From NCBI GenBank assembly GCA_027604505.1, contig JADIIX010000074.1, forward strand, positions 62,001 through 109,777: 47,777 nucleotides of DNA, in the 5' to 3' direction. The translations under genes were made by a program, and so were the position numbers. Position 1 is the stretch's first letter. Each line of letters begins with the position of its first letter. Positions 1 through 12,000 of the stretch are shown here, piece by piece. This DNA comes from Gonapodya sp. JEL0774 (Eukaryota). Under the pieces are notes generated by a model. The model worked only from the letters and a program-made list of their open reading frames with translations. It did not search any database and was not told the origin of the DNA.

Positions 1-921
1 AGTCTGCAAGTCACGGAGGAGAAAGTGTTATCCTTACAGCAACAGCTGGATACGAGCGCAAAGCTTGCATCATCTAGTGGCAGCCAAGTCAAGATTCTGG
101 AAGCCAGGCTTCGGGAAACTGAAACGCGACTTCGAGCAGAGCGTGACAGTCCAAAGATAGCCGACATGCAAGAGCGTCTTCGAGGCTCCGAAGAGCGATG
201 TACTCAGTTGGAAAAAGCGGTGATGGACGCTGAAGACCGACTACGTATCGAGCGCCAAAGTGCCCGTGACCGCGTGGATGAGCTCGTCTCGACCGTGAGG
301 AAGCACGAACGAACGATTGAGCTTCTCAACAATCGGGCCAGAGATGATAAAGAGCGCTTTTTACAGATGAAAAAGCTGCACGAGGAGGAAATGCAGCGAC
401 TTCGAGCAGCTGAGGGCGCCGAGGAACTTCTGAGGGAGGCCAGTCGTAAGATGACTGACATGGAGCGTCAACTTGAAGATGGACGAAAGAGAGTGAAAGC
501 ATTAGACAAAGATGTGGGTTTCTGAACGGTGTTTCGGGGAGCTGCAGACTTCTGCAACTGATGCATCCATCGAAAGTACCAATCTCTGTCGAAGGCTTAT
601 GAAAGGGTCAAAGCGAAGCAGCAGCGACGTGAACAGCAGGTTGCTCGAGCTCTTCAGCGACTAGATGTAAGGGTCACCCTTTTTGCTATTTTGGACTTAT
701 TTGTTGCTGTCAAATTCTTCGCTCACTTTCATGTATTCTTTCAACTGTGACAGGCTGTCAAGAATTCTTCTCGCGAGTTTTTGGTTGTTTCGGAGGCTGC
801 GGAAGCTGCTCAGCGCATTTTTGCGGAGGACTTAGGTAGTGATAGTGACTCTGAGTTACGCAATTCTCGACCTCGAGGGGAGAAGAAAGGTGGAAAGGCT
901 GCTGATTCTCTGCGAAAGTAG
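1..921 (+). CDS. 3' end of a coiled-coil protein gene (5' part outside the window); last three exons
   Basis: E/R/K/L-rich heptad ORF 25-513. GT..AG introns at about 514-576 and 667-753 join in frame to YQSLSKAYERVKAKQQRREQQVARALQRLD and AVKNSSREFLVV...DSLRK, with stop TAG at 919-921. Confidence 0.7.
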
Positions 922-1306
922 GCAGTTGAGGTGGGCCGGATCGGAATTCATGAACTTCTACCGGGAAATCTACTTGTATATTTGTACATAGTTTGTTATT
1001 CGGTTTTGATTGATAATGTATTTATTCGTTGGAGCAAGCATTGCGGAGAAACTGTCCAGCGGAGGACGGTGCAGCTGGATGGCTATTGCATCCACGAGAA
1101 CGTAGTGAATTTCTCGTGTTGCCCTCTTTAACGGCACACTTGTCTCTGCAATAGAAGCTAGCTGTTTGCATATCGGGAAAGATTTATGATTGCCTGCAAC
1201 AGGGCAGGACGGGTGGTTGGTTGGTCAGGGACTTCGGGGCCACAGCCGGTGTTCAAAAGGGCCTGCAGTATTGGGAACTGAGACACGAAGAAGAGATATC
1301 GAGAAA

Positions 1307-2628
1307 ATGACTCTGAAGTGGGGAGTGATTGCACCAGGAGGAATTGCTGAAGAAATCTTGCCATTCGTATGGTACAAGGGATCTGTGAATGTTCTTCGAG
1401 CGGTTGCATCCCGCAGTCTTGATCGGGCAAAGCTTTTCGCCACAAAGGCAACAGCCATTGGCGGATCCGTGGTGAATGCGTATGGCAGCTATGCGGAATT
1501 GATTGCTGATCCGGAAGTTCATGCAGTGTACATTGCGACACCGACTGGCAGTCGTAAGGATCTTGTATATCAATGTGCTTCCGCAGGAAAGCATGTGATC
1601 GCAGAAAAACCTCTATGTCGCACTTCGGCGGAGGTAGAAGATATGATTCGCTCTATCCGATCAAAGAACCTGAAGTTTTTGGACGCAACGCACTTTACGC
1701 ACCACCCTCGCACCCACGCTATCACGCGAATCCTCCACGATGTGGAGCTGTTCGGCGATGTTACGGATGTCACTTCGTCCTTTGTGGTTCACCTACCGGA
1801 GAGTCCAACACAGATTCGCTACAATGTTGAGCAAGAACCGCTCGGGGCACTCGGAGACCTGGGGTGGTACAATCTCAAGTTAACGCTGCTGGCCTTCAAT
1901 AATCTGCAACCAGAGTCTGTCATCACTTTCACGACACCAGCGTCCTCCACCAACCCCGCAATTATGAGGTAATGGCAATCTTCTTTACAGTTGAAGCAGG
2001 TGCACTGACACGTTCTGAAAGTATGACAGTAATTATCAAATTCCCGGATCTTCTTAGAGGGGATCTGCCACCCATCCCACGAACTGCGCGATTTGTTTGC
2101 GGCTTTAACGGGAGCGGTCTCACGCAAGGAGCTGTTGTTGAAGGAGTGAAGGGCTCAATTGAGTGGTCGGACTTTGTCCAGTTGAGTTTTGCATCCTTTC
2201 TGTTCTTCTCTCATCATTGTAACAGACTTTGTACAGCCCATGGTCGTATGTTGCTAGACGCAAGGGAACTCGTGTGATGGATATAACCAAGTATCCACTC
2301 GAGTTTCGGTTTTCCAAGGGGAGAGGGCATGTCGGGTCGACAATCCATCAAGTTCATAGCGAACATGCCGCTGTCGATTATTTGTTCCTGCGTTTTGCGA
2401 AGGCTGTTTTGGATGGTGGGGCAGCTCCAGACCTTGATGCCATGTGTGAGTTAAAATTTCCGTGTGATTGGATGGTGGCTCCATTTCATCATCAATTCTT
2501 TGCGCTAAATCACCATAGTGGTTTCTGATGTTTTGATATCACGAATCTTTGATGCGTGTCTTGAGAGCCGACGGTGTGGTGGGGCGCAAGTTCTTGTAAA
2601 GGGACTTTCCCCTGAGCTCAAGCTTTGA
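1307..2628 (+). CDS. Gfo/Idh/MocA family NAD(P)-dependent oxidoreductase (multi-exon)
   Basis: MTLKWGVIAPGGIA Rossmann start, AVASRSLDRA, YGSYAELIADPEVHAVYIATP, AGKHVIAEKP and GALGDLGWY motifs. Downstream exons splice in frame to TGA 2626-2628. Confidence 0.9.
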
Positions 2629-2738
2629 CACATGAGATGCGGGCACAAGTTGTGGCAAGAGCTCACATTGTAATAGAATTTGGTACAGCAATTACTTAGT
2701 AACAAAATTGTCCCTCCACTACGATCAATGCCCCCCAT

Positions 2739-5635
2739 TTATACATTGGCAATCGCATCGTCCACCACCTTGGCATCCATCAACTTCTCAGACTCAAGCT
2801 CCGCAGCCAACGCTGCCTTGATCCATGGACGGTCCTAGAACGAAATGAAGGCACTTATTACTGATTGAAAACCACAGCAGATATGATCAACAAAAAACTC
2901 ACCGCGCGGTAAACATAGAACCGGGCGAGGACAAGCTGGGCAAATCCGAAGGCAACCAGAAGAGCGCTGATGGGTTTGATAGGGTCGTTAAGAGAGAACC
3001 TTGGAAAAATCCCCTTGATATGTACTTACGTGTTCAACCAAAAGAAATTGGGGTATGTCCAGCCAGTCGGCGCACCAAAGTCATCCTTCTCTCCAGGGCG
3101 GCATGCCTCAAACAGAGCGGTTGCCAAGAGGTTTCCGAACGAGACTGTAAGCAGCCAGAGAGCGGACCCAGATGCCTTGGTACGAGTCCCGACTTCATTG
3201 TAGAGAAGGTTGAGCTTTATTGAAGTACGAAGACATGGGTCAGCTGTGCTCCGCAAGGAACGTATTGCCATCAACCAGATCAACCTACACCACTGATAGA
3301 CACAAGAATCTCAGCAATCGTGATTACGAGATATCTGTCAGAGCCCATACGAACACATGAAGAGATATCGCGTGTTGGAACTCAAAAGGGACAGAACCTT
3401 ACGGAACGGCTTGGGTGAAGATAGACATTGACTGATCGACACAGTATCCAGTGTCCTCATCAAGTATGCAGTTTGCTTCAATTTTATATTGAAGGCCTGC
3501 GCAAATGGCAAATGAAATTGCGGCAATAAACTGAGAATATGCGGTTACTCATAGGTGCGAACTAACGTCTGTAGAAAAGCAACGCTTACCATCCCAATCG
3601 TCATTCGCATCATCAACCCGAATGGTCTTCCGGTCGCCTTCTCAATAAATGGATACAAAAAGTTGCTGAAAATGGGAACGAGGACAACGATCCAGAAAGG
3701 GTTGATGACGGCAGAGGCGATTTCCTGCAGTGGGATCAGAATTAGCTATTAGGTTGGGATTGCTACACTAGGTGGCTCACATCATTGAAGAAGCCGGCCT
3801 TTTTCATCATGGCGCCTTGATCTTGCCAGCTAGTACCATTTTGGTCTGCACCGAACAGCTAGATCAGAAAACTGGCCGACCAAATCAAATGAGCAACACG
3901 AACCAAAAGCTAAGTAAATTGCGATCAATACGATTAGCAAAGACATTGCAAAATGGAGTATTGGATTTAATTCATTACTCACCCATCCAGAAAAAGGGGA
4001 TTGGAATGAGGACAGGGAGTACTGCAAAAATGTCGTATGTCTCGTCGGCCATAGAAGCTCCCATATAGTCATCAGCAAAAGCAGCCCAGTGACGCTTCGA
4101 AGCTCGCTCTTCCTTCGACGCGCTGAAATATCTGGTCATAGCGGTACCGGCGATTTTTAGGAGATCCCAGAGGATGAAGGTCCTTGTGGGGGGAACAACC
4201 CGATAGTACCTGTTCCGAAATTGTTATTTGGTATGAGCACCAAGAAGCGTCCTCCGTGGCTGCTGGACAAGAATATACGCACCGAAAACCGAAGATGAAA
4301 ACACCGAGAGCAAAAGCCATCACGAGGGCGCACAGACCGAATGCCCACGCATACCCGTCGCCACTGGGGAGTAGTTTTCCGTCTTCCGTCCTCAAACCAA
4401 AGACCACCTGCAGCCGATAAATTTTATGAATCTGCAACGTTCCTGTGGCCTCGAGAACCCACCTGTTGCGAAATTGCGGGAGTAGCGAAACCACTGATAA
4501 GACCGCCGATATCTGGAAGATCGAAGAATGTTGTCACGAATCAAACCAAGAGCATTCATCGGATGCACTCACTGATGGACACTGTGAGTAATAAATAATC
4601 CAAATCAGGGCAATGTTCAGACGTGAACGTGCAAAACTACACGAGGGATGCTCTTACTGTAGAAATAATTGTAGAACCTAAGATTCACAGAGCAGCATTG
4701 TTAATCTTTTCGTCAACGACAAGAACCACCGAGAACATGTTATGGCGTACTTGTTGAGCTCAAATTTCTGTGCTTCTTCAACGAACTGATCACCTGCTCC
4801 CCACGGGTGAGAATCTGAGACCGAAGGATAGAAAATTTTCAACCCACCTCCATGCGACGACACACAAGGTTTTATGCCACCTGTACCAAGAGCGACAAGG
4901 ACGAGTGCCAATATTGGGAGCCATCCGTTAACGACACTCGGGATAGAAGAAATTGCAAGGAGCCCGACGCCAGCCACATAAACGAAGCTCAAGTAAACTG
5001 TACCGAAACAGGTTCAGACTATTTTCTTGATCCTCAAATTTAACTCCGCTTACCGATAGTGTGGTATTTGCCGAGGAAACTGTCACTAATCATCGATCCA
5101 AGGAGAGGCTGGCCAATGAGAGCATTTGATTGCAGTGCGCAAGATCTCGAAATGAAATCGCACCACTCACGAAGAAGTAGGTCAACACCTTAAACGTATG
5201 GACCCAGCTCTTCGCGCTGGTAGAGCTCATTCCGATCAGACGATACAGGTAATTCTTCAAAATTGGACTGAAGCGGAAATGAGACCCGAGAAACACTGGT
5301 CATCGAATGCGACGCATCTCACGTGATTCCCTACACGGTGATGGACAAGTTGTTAGTGTTGATGAAGATAAGTTTGAAGTCCCATTAAAACTCACGTAGT
5401 AGCAAAAACGCTCAGCAAACTCGTTGGGAATAATGAAGTAGACCGCCTTTGGCTGGAGAGAAGAGAACCGGCGTTCTTGGTTAACAACACGAAGATCCGA
5501 AGTGCCCAGTCTAGGTGAGTAAACGAGGCTCACCATCTTCTTCGGATCCGCAAGAATCTTCGCGGTAATTTCCTCGGTGACGATTCTGTCACGTTCCCGA
5601 ACATACTGAAGAGGTGGAGAGGTGGGGGCAGCCAT
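2739..5635 (-). CDS. PTR2: PTR2/POT family proton-dependent oligopeptide transporter (MFS, many exons)
   Basis: ExxERFxYY motif (NEFAERFCYY), LVALGTGGIKPCVSSHGG(DQF) PTR signature, YAWAFGLCALVM helix. Last exon ends ...DAIANV TAA at 2739-2741. Confidence 0.92.
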
Positions 5636-6710
5636 TTTCCTGAGTGACGATGGTCTCCTGACGGTTCAAAGCACAGGATTGCGGGTCGAAGAGTGAATTC
5701 AGAACTCCCTTTGACTCTTCAGCTCTCACAGATTTGTAAACCCTTTAATATTTTGTTCGGGCTGGGATCACCGGTGAGGTGATGACCCTGATATTTCATC
5801 CTGCCTCTCGGCTCTCAAGTCAGGTACGGAACGCCCTGTGGGGAAAGAGAAAAAGTTTCATGTCTAATCGATGGCATGTAATGAGATCAGTTCTGAAGTG
5901 GGTGGTTCTCGTCTTCACGCTTGCCGCCTAGGCAGTTGAATCTGTGGATCACGCTGCAACTCAAAATTTTGGTGACCAAGATCAGTAATGAGACCAAGCG
6001 GAAGGGGATGACATTGTGCACAAGCAAAATTCTTCTTTCTATTATGAATAACCTTGAAGTGTTACAGTGATTATTTGCACAATGATGACTCACAGTTGGT
6101 GGCCTCGCCAGTCTTCGAAATTTTGTTGTCACCCCACTGATCATCCACAACCGTAATTGATGATATTCTGAGTTCCTGGCCTAATTTTGTTTCGACAATG
6201 GAGGAGTATGTATGCAAATTACATGAAGATGAAGCGGAAGAACATGATTAATCGCGGATCGGAGAGCGGCGGAGTGGCGGAGCTTGCGTTGCCTTGTCCT
6301 TTCTTTTCTGGGGATCAGGGACCCCCAACCACGAATATTCCAGGAGGAACAAAGGCAATCAAACGCAATAAAGTCAAAATGAAACAGGCAACGAACTGTG
6401 GTTTCTCGTACATTACTTTCGGCGTCTCTCAGTTTGGGGTTTGATACAAATGTGGCATCATGGTGGAAATTGAAACTGGATTGGATGACGTGGGATTCTT
6501 GGTTGCTGACTCGTGGTTAGTCTTGCTTTACAGATGTCAATGTGGCAGATCGGGTGGGACCTGCCAAAGTGATGAGACAGGGAAATGGAATGTATAATAC
6601 TGTAAACCGAACACAGTAGTAATAGTGCTGAAACAGTTTATGGGTAGTAAAACGCCCGACTGCCTGAAATCTCCGTCATCACAACATGTTTGTATTGAAT
6701 GTATTTGTCA

Positions 6711-7182
6711 GTGGTTCCCACGTACCGTGTTATCAAGTGTGAACACGTTACACGATCACCCTCACTTTGTCAACAACACACAAAGCAGGAGCGCTCGTAC
6801 ATGCACCTATTTCCACCGTGATGTTGCTGGCGCCCTCAACGCTGTTGCAACAGGGCAATACATCATAACACACACAGGGCACTGCCCACAGCACAACTAT
6901 GATCGTCGATGGCCTCCTCGAGAACCGTTGGGCATATGGCCACGTCCACCTCGGATTTTTCCTCGGGGAACAGGTCCTCGTGCCCAACCATACCAACGGG
7001 ACCAGGTTCCAAGTACTCCATCAAGGAAGCGTCAAACTAGGGAAGAATATGAGACACCTTCAATCTCAGATCAGCAAGGCATTGACACCAATGTTCTGAA
7101 CTCACCCACATCACAGCGACGGCGCATAGCTCCTGACAGCGACATGTTGGGAGATCAAGTCAGGACATTCCGTTTGAGCTAG
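6711..7182 (+). pseudogene. Fanzor/TnpB-like nuclease relic, C-terminal piece (second Zn-finger half plus RuvC-III)
   Basis: VPTYRVIKCEH (from 6714), then a frameshift to CTYFHRDVAGALNAVATGQYII (from 6802), resembling the TnpB/Fanzor C-x-(H/N)RD-x-x-A-x-N RuvC-III motif. Followed by a low-complexity tail to stop 7182. Confidence 0.6.
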
Positions 7183-7435
7183 AGGGATCTCCACTCTCTG
7201 CGATTTTAGTCTTTCGATTTTTCCTTGCTTTTTCATTCCGGGAGTGAGGGTTTCTTCTTTTGTGCCTGATGGTTGAGTTTGTGGACTAGGTTGCATATGT
7301 GACCGTCCGTTTCTGCATACGGAATCTCCTTGAGATAGATATTTTTAGTGGTAGATGGGTCCCTTTCTGTTGCGAGGTGGCACAATGCACCTGTGGTAAT
7401 CGCGTCACGCAGACTGGGACCCTAGTGCATTGTAA

Positions 7436-8270
7436 TGGTGCCTGAAATCTTTCGATTTGTACTGAAACGACTCTATGCATTGCGGTATTGCGGTACAGAG
7501 AGGACCCAGCCAGCTCATGGATGCTTGTTCGATTGGATGCTTCGCCAGGCACCGGTTTGTTCAAAATCAGGTTGATGAGGACGCTTGGCACCCGCTGATG
7601 AGGACGCTTGGAACCCGCTGATGAACCAGAGTAGGTCGGCATCTTAGAGACCAGAACGACAAGAACTACCAACTCCCGAGTGTCAGCACTCCACACCGTA
7701 CTTCTCATTATTGGCGGCCGCTTTTGGCGCCAAAAAAACGTATCCGGAGCCGCATTAATGGTCCGGTGCTGTCGATTGGGTAGAAATAGGTGCCCACTAC
7801 TCAAGGTGACTGAATGCAAAGTCAACAAGCAGCACCAAGCAGCTTTTTAATGGATTCGAGTGTGCGGAGGAGAGCACAAGATTGCGAGAATTCCTGCAAC
7901 AGTAGTTAGTCGAAGGCGTCGCACACCCAGAGAGCCTGCCTGTCACAGCAACGCAGTGCTTGGGAGCCTACTCTTTGATAGCATTTTACAATGCAAATAG
8001 AGAGAAAGACCACATATCCGAGTCTGGGACAAGACCAAAGACACAAAAGATGGTTGTCGGAGTTCACCTGCGCGGGTGGTGCGGGCGCAAAGCCCAGGCG
8101 AAGAAACAAAGGCTCTCCATCAAGACAATAGAAAACGTGTCCCATTCTTGTAGTTGTCGGGTATAATGTGTGTCCAAGCATCGGGCTCCTGCCCGTGGTG
8201 TGGGTTGGGGGAACAAACTCAAAAGATGCTTCAAGGTGATTCGGCATCGTCACCAAGCGATGCTGCGTCC
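7436..8270 (+). pseudogene. Fanzor/TnpB-like nuclease relic, central piece (WED strand, RuvC-I?, helical region, approach to RuvC-II), frameshifted with stops
   Basis: Collinear fragments across frames: SICTETTLCIAVL (about 7452-7490, cf. SIxTDG strand); LLIIGG/AFGAKK (about 7700-7740, eroded hhG-D-hG); LREFLQQ*LVEGVAHPESLP; LIAFYNAN; HIRVWDKTK; PILVVVGYN (8141-8167); HRAPARGVGWGNKLKRCFKVI (8179-8241); VTKRCC (about 8250-8267). Confidence 0.5.
7573..7624. repeat. 23-bp tandem duplication (2.3 copies) inside the Fanzor-like relic
   Basis: tgatgaggacgcttggcacccgc / tgatgaggacgcttggaacccgc / tgatga. Confidence 0.9.
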
Positions 8271-9031
8271 CCCATTAGAGGATTTTCTCGTGGTCATTTT
8301 GCGCCGTCATCGCCGTCTGGGGTTGAGCTTCTGGAGTTTCGATATGTAATTAAGCAGAAGTAGGAGATTGTACGGATTGAAGTCGGTAGGAACGTCATCA
8401 GTAGGTGCGGCGGGGAGGTGAGATTCGAGCGTGTCTGAGACTGAGTCGGGGGATTTGGCGGGAACACTGACATGTTATAGTCATGTAACCTGACACAGTC
8501 CATCAGCGGCTTGACGGCACAGGACGGCGGGGCCAGAGCACACCTGCCAGAAATGGAATTGGAAGGAGAGCAAAGGGGGAACGGCTTAATTAAACCGCCA
8601 GTGAGTTTTACTACAACAGTACTGTATAAGTTAGTAACCACGAAACTCGAAAACTTGGAGTGCGGGTGTCCCTTCTGCTGACCGTCAACCGTGTCCACTG
8701 TCAAACGATTTGGAGCACCAAGCGGCACCAAACCCCGAACAATTACATTGCAGAAAAACTCGTCTGTTGAACCGTACTTGTGTCGCGTGGTGACCAATGA
8801 AAGTTATTATTTCTGTAATATCTGAAAACTGCTTGTCCTCGCCGACGGATCGTTATTCTAGCCATTACAGTCCAATCAACGGGATACTTTACCCGGCTCA
8901 AAGTTGCTTGTAGGCTACTAGCATTCCTTCTCTCCGTCGTTTCTGATCGGGTGCTGCAGTTGGACAACACCCGAAGTCAGTTCAAACCCACAACCCACAT
9001 CTCACCGAGGCATCTGAGTCGTCGTTGAACG

Positions 9032-12000
9032 ATGGCGTCAGCTGTGCTGTCACCTCGCCCCACGAAGCGTCCACGTTTGGCAGAACACACGTCCGATCTT
9101 CCTCATGAGCTCGTGGGCCAGATTTCGCAACCGGAAGGTTACTTTTCTAAGCAGATTCCAAACAACGATGTTCAATTTCTAAATTCTTTTGATGGAGAAG
9201 ACGTACGGAGCATGGGGATTGATGGAAACGGAGACTCGGTGATTCATGGAAAAGGGGACCTCTTTAACCGTCCATTGGATCCCAGGCAGACTGCGACAAC
9301 AGTATCGGTTCTTCCTCTCCCAAGCGTAGACGGTACGAAGTCGTACAGATGTCCGTTTCCAGACTGTGACTTCCAAACCGACAGGTGAGGCTCATCGCTA
9401 AAGGTTGCGGTGGAAGGAGCGTCCAAAATTCCTACCGATTGGGATGACGCTTGAAAGAGGGTTCTGATCTCATCTGGAGAGCGTAGACGACGGTTTGCAC
9501 GAGAACGGACGGAGGAATGTTCTCCGCATTAGAGTGCAGACAAATCCAAACCTGATGTTCCATTGTGTCCGTACAACTGCCACTACCATGTCTCTTACGG
9601 AGACGCTAAAAGACAGGAATCGAAAGGACCTGGTTTTTCGAGGCTCCCCGAACTCCCACTCACACAAGTCATCATTTTGTCACCCAGGCGGTTCAACCTC
9701 GAGTCCCACCTCAACACTCTCAAACACAACCCTTACAACCCGGGCCACATTTGCCCCACCTGTGGCTTGAAATTCACTCGGAAAGGTCAGCTTACCCGCC
9801 ACGTTGTGCGACACACTGGGGAGCGGCCCTACCCCTGCAGATTTCCTGGCTGCGAGGAACTCTTTGCCAGGGTGGATAGGAGGAGTAGACACGAGAAGTC
9901 CGGACATGGAGAGTGGGAAGGGCCGGGCAAAGGTCTCAAGGAATCCGGCAAGGGACGTGGGAAAGTTTTCTCTGCGAGTGGCTCAAATGGCCCAACGGAA
10001 TCCGCTGTTTTGACTTTGTCATCCATGCCGCTATCTTGTGATATGTTTGCATCGACTGAGATCGCATCGCGCAGTCCCAAGCAAACGCACGAAGATGCAG
10101 CCCCAAATTTTGCTCCAGTTTCGTTGTCCAGCAGAATTTCGGACCCTCCATCGTTTTCTCCCGTGGCGGTTACGCACACGCAAGAACTCACCCATTCGGC
10201 TCGTACCCCTCTTCATATGCACGCTGCTGCTGCGCAGGCTCTCGTACTCACATCGCCGGCATGCGCATCATCGGCAATTCCGACAGCTCTGTTAACTTCC
10301 AACGAGTCCCCGCTTCAAGTTCACCTTCAAACATTCCAGAAAACTCTGGCACGGGAGCTAACAGAAGGAGGGACATCTCGTCAAGAGGCCTCTGAGGAGG
10401 ACAAGTCGGATGACGGCTCGGAAATCGCTGTCAAATTGGAACCACATATGGAATATGAGGAGATGCCCGCACCGACCGTCCTTCAATCCGTCCCTGGCCA
10501 AGCCTCACTCATACAAGCTGATTCATCTTCACATCAGACTGACCCGTCCCTTGCCAGTGCAACTTCTACGACACCCTTACCATCTGCGACATCCGCTGCC
10601 CGCACCAACACACCTATTCCTGCCCCTGTGGCCGCCCTCGCTTCAAAGGCGAATGCCACTCAACATCTTCTCCACCCAGATTTAACTCCACCGTCTGCCT
10701 CCGCGGGTGCAGTGTCCGCCGCTGCGTACGTCCAACTCCTAGAGGCTCTTGCCCAGCAAATTGGAACCGGGAGCGCGGCAATAAACCTGGAGCAAAATGC
10801 CGTATCTCGGGTTGCTACGCCTGGCTCTCTTGGTTTGTGGGATCACACGACTATGCGACCTGTATCGTCTGTAGCGGCAATGGACTCAGCCAAACCAGTC
10901 GCAGTGTTGGGCATCCCTCCGCGGATGATCACGCCAGCACCTGCATCAACATTTACTGCTCTAGGCATAGCACCTGAGCGGATCTCGACGCCGCCTGCTG
11001 GAACAGGAGCGTTAGAAAGAGGCCAGGTGCATTTTTCGATCTTTGCCGAGGCTACTGCAGGCGCGACAGCCGCAGGCCAGGACGTGGTGGGGGACTCAAC
11101 GCTGAAGGTTTTGGGTGAAGAGCAACAGGCAGAGATCTTAGCGACAGTTCCTGAGCAACTTGAAGTAGAGAAAAGCCCAGAAGAGGAGACAGCGCATCAG
11201 AGTGAGGACAACCTGGATGAGCAGTCGGACAGTGATGAATCTGAAAGTAGCGAGGAGGAATCGGAGACTCCTGGTTCAATGAACATTGATACGAGCTCTG
11301 CCGAAATGCAGCACGTTGTCTCGATTGCAACAAGGGCTGCAGCGGCCGCTGCGGAGGTGCGACGACGGCGAGCACAGGGTGTTACAGATACGTCTCGAAC
11401 ATTCCCTTCTACCCTGGTGCCATCTGGCGAGGCGATAGTGGTGGAGGTGGAGGGTGGAGCGATTTCTCACTATGATGCGAGTTCGGAAGGGACTTGGGTC
11501 GAAGTTGCGGGTATGACCATGTTTGTGACGGATAATGCCGTAGATGCGGCGAGAGGAAGCGGGCTTGTCCAGGTCGAAGTTTCGAAGTCCCAAGAGGGGA
11601 TGGGATTTCAAAACAGACAAGCGCAACGTGTGCCCTCGTGTGCGTCTGCGAAGGTGAGTAACAAACAAGGTTCGAAACCCGCGTGTGTGATTTGCGGCCA
11701 ATTGTGTGCGAGGTAAGTTCTTTTAAACACATTTTCTCCGGTTTAATGGAATTCATACTGTCCATTCTCATAGCAAATCTGCTCTTCGAGTGCATATGGG
11801 TCTTCACGAAAATTTTGAGCGTCAGAAGTTCCCTTGCGATGTTGTGGGTTGCGGGAAATCTGTGAGTGAGAGCTGCCTTTTGGGAAGGAACCCGCGAATA
11901 ATATCTACATTTTCGAGTTCAGTTTTATCGCACCCAAGATTTGCGACGTCATATTCGATGCCACACGAACGAAAAACCGTATGGATGCCAAGTATGCACA

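Noticed and set aside
7286..7828. 180-aa minus-strand ORF as a transposase
   Set aside because: No DDE, HUH or recombinase motif is visible; it is antisense to the Fanzor-like fragments.
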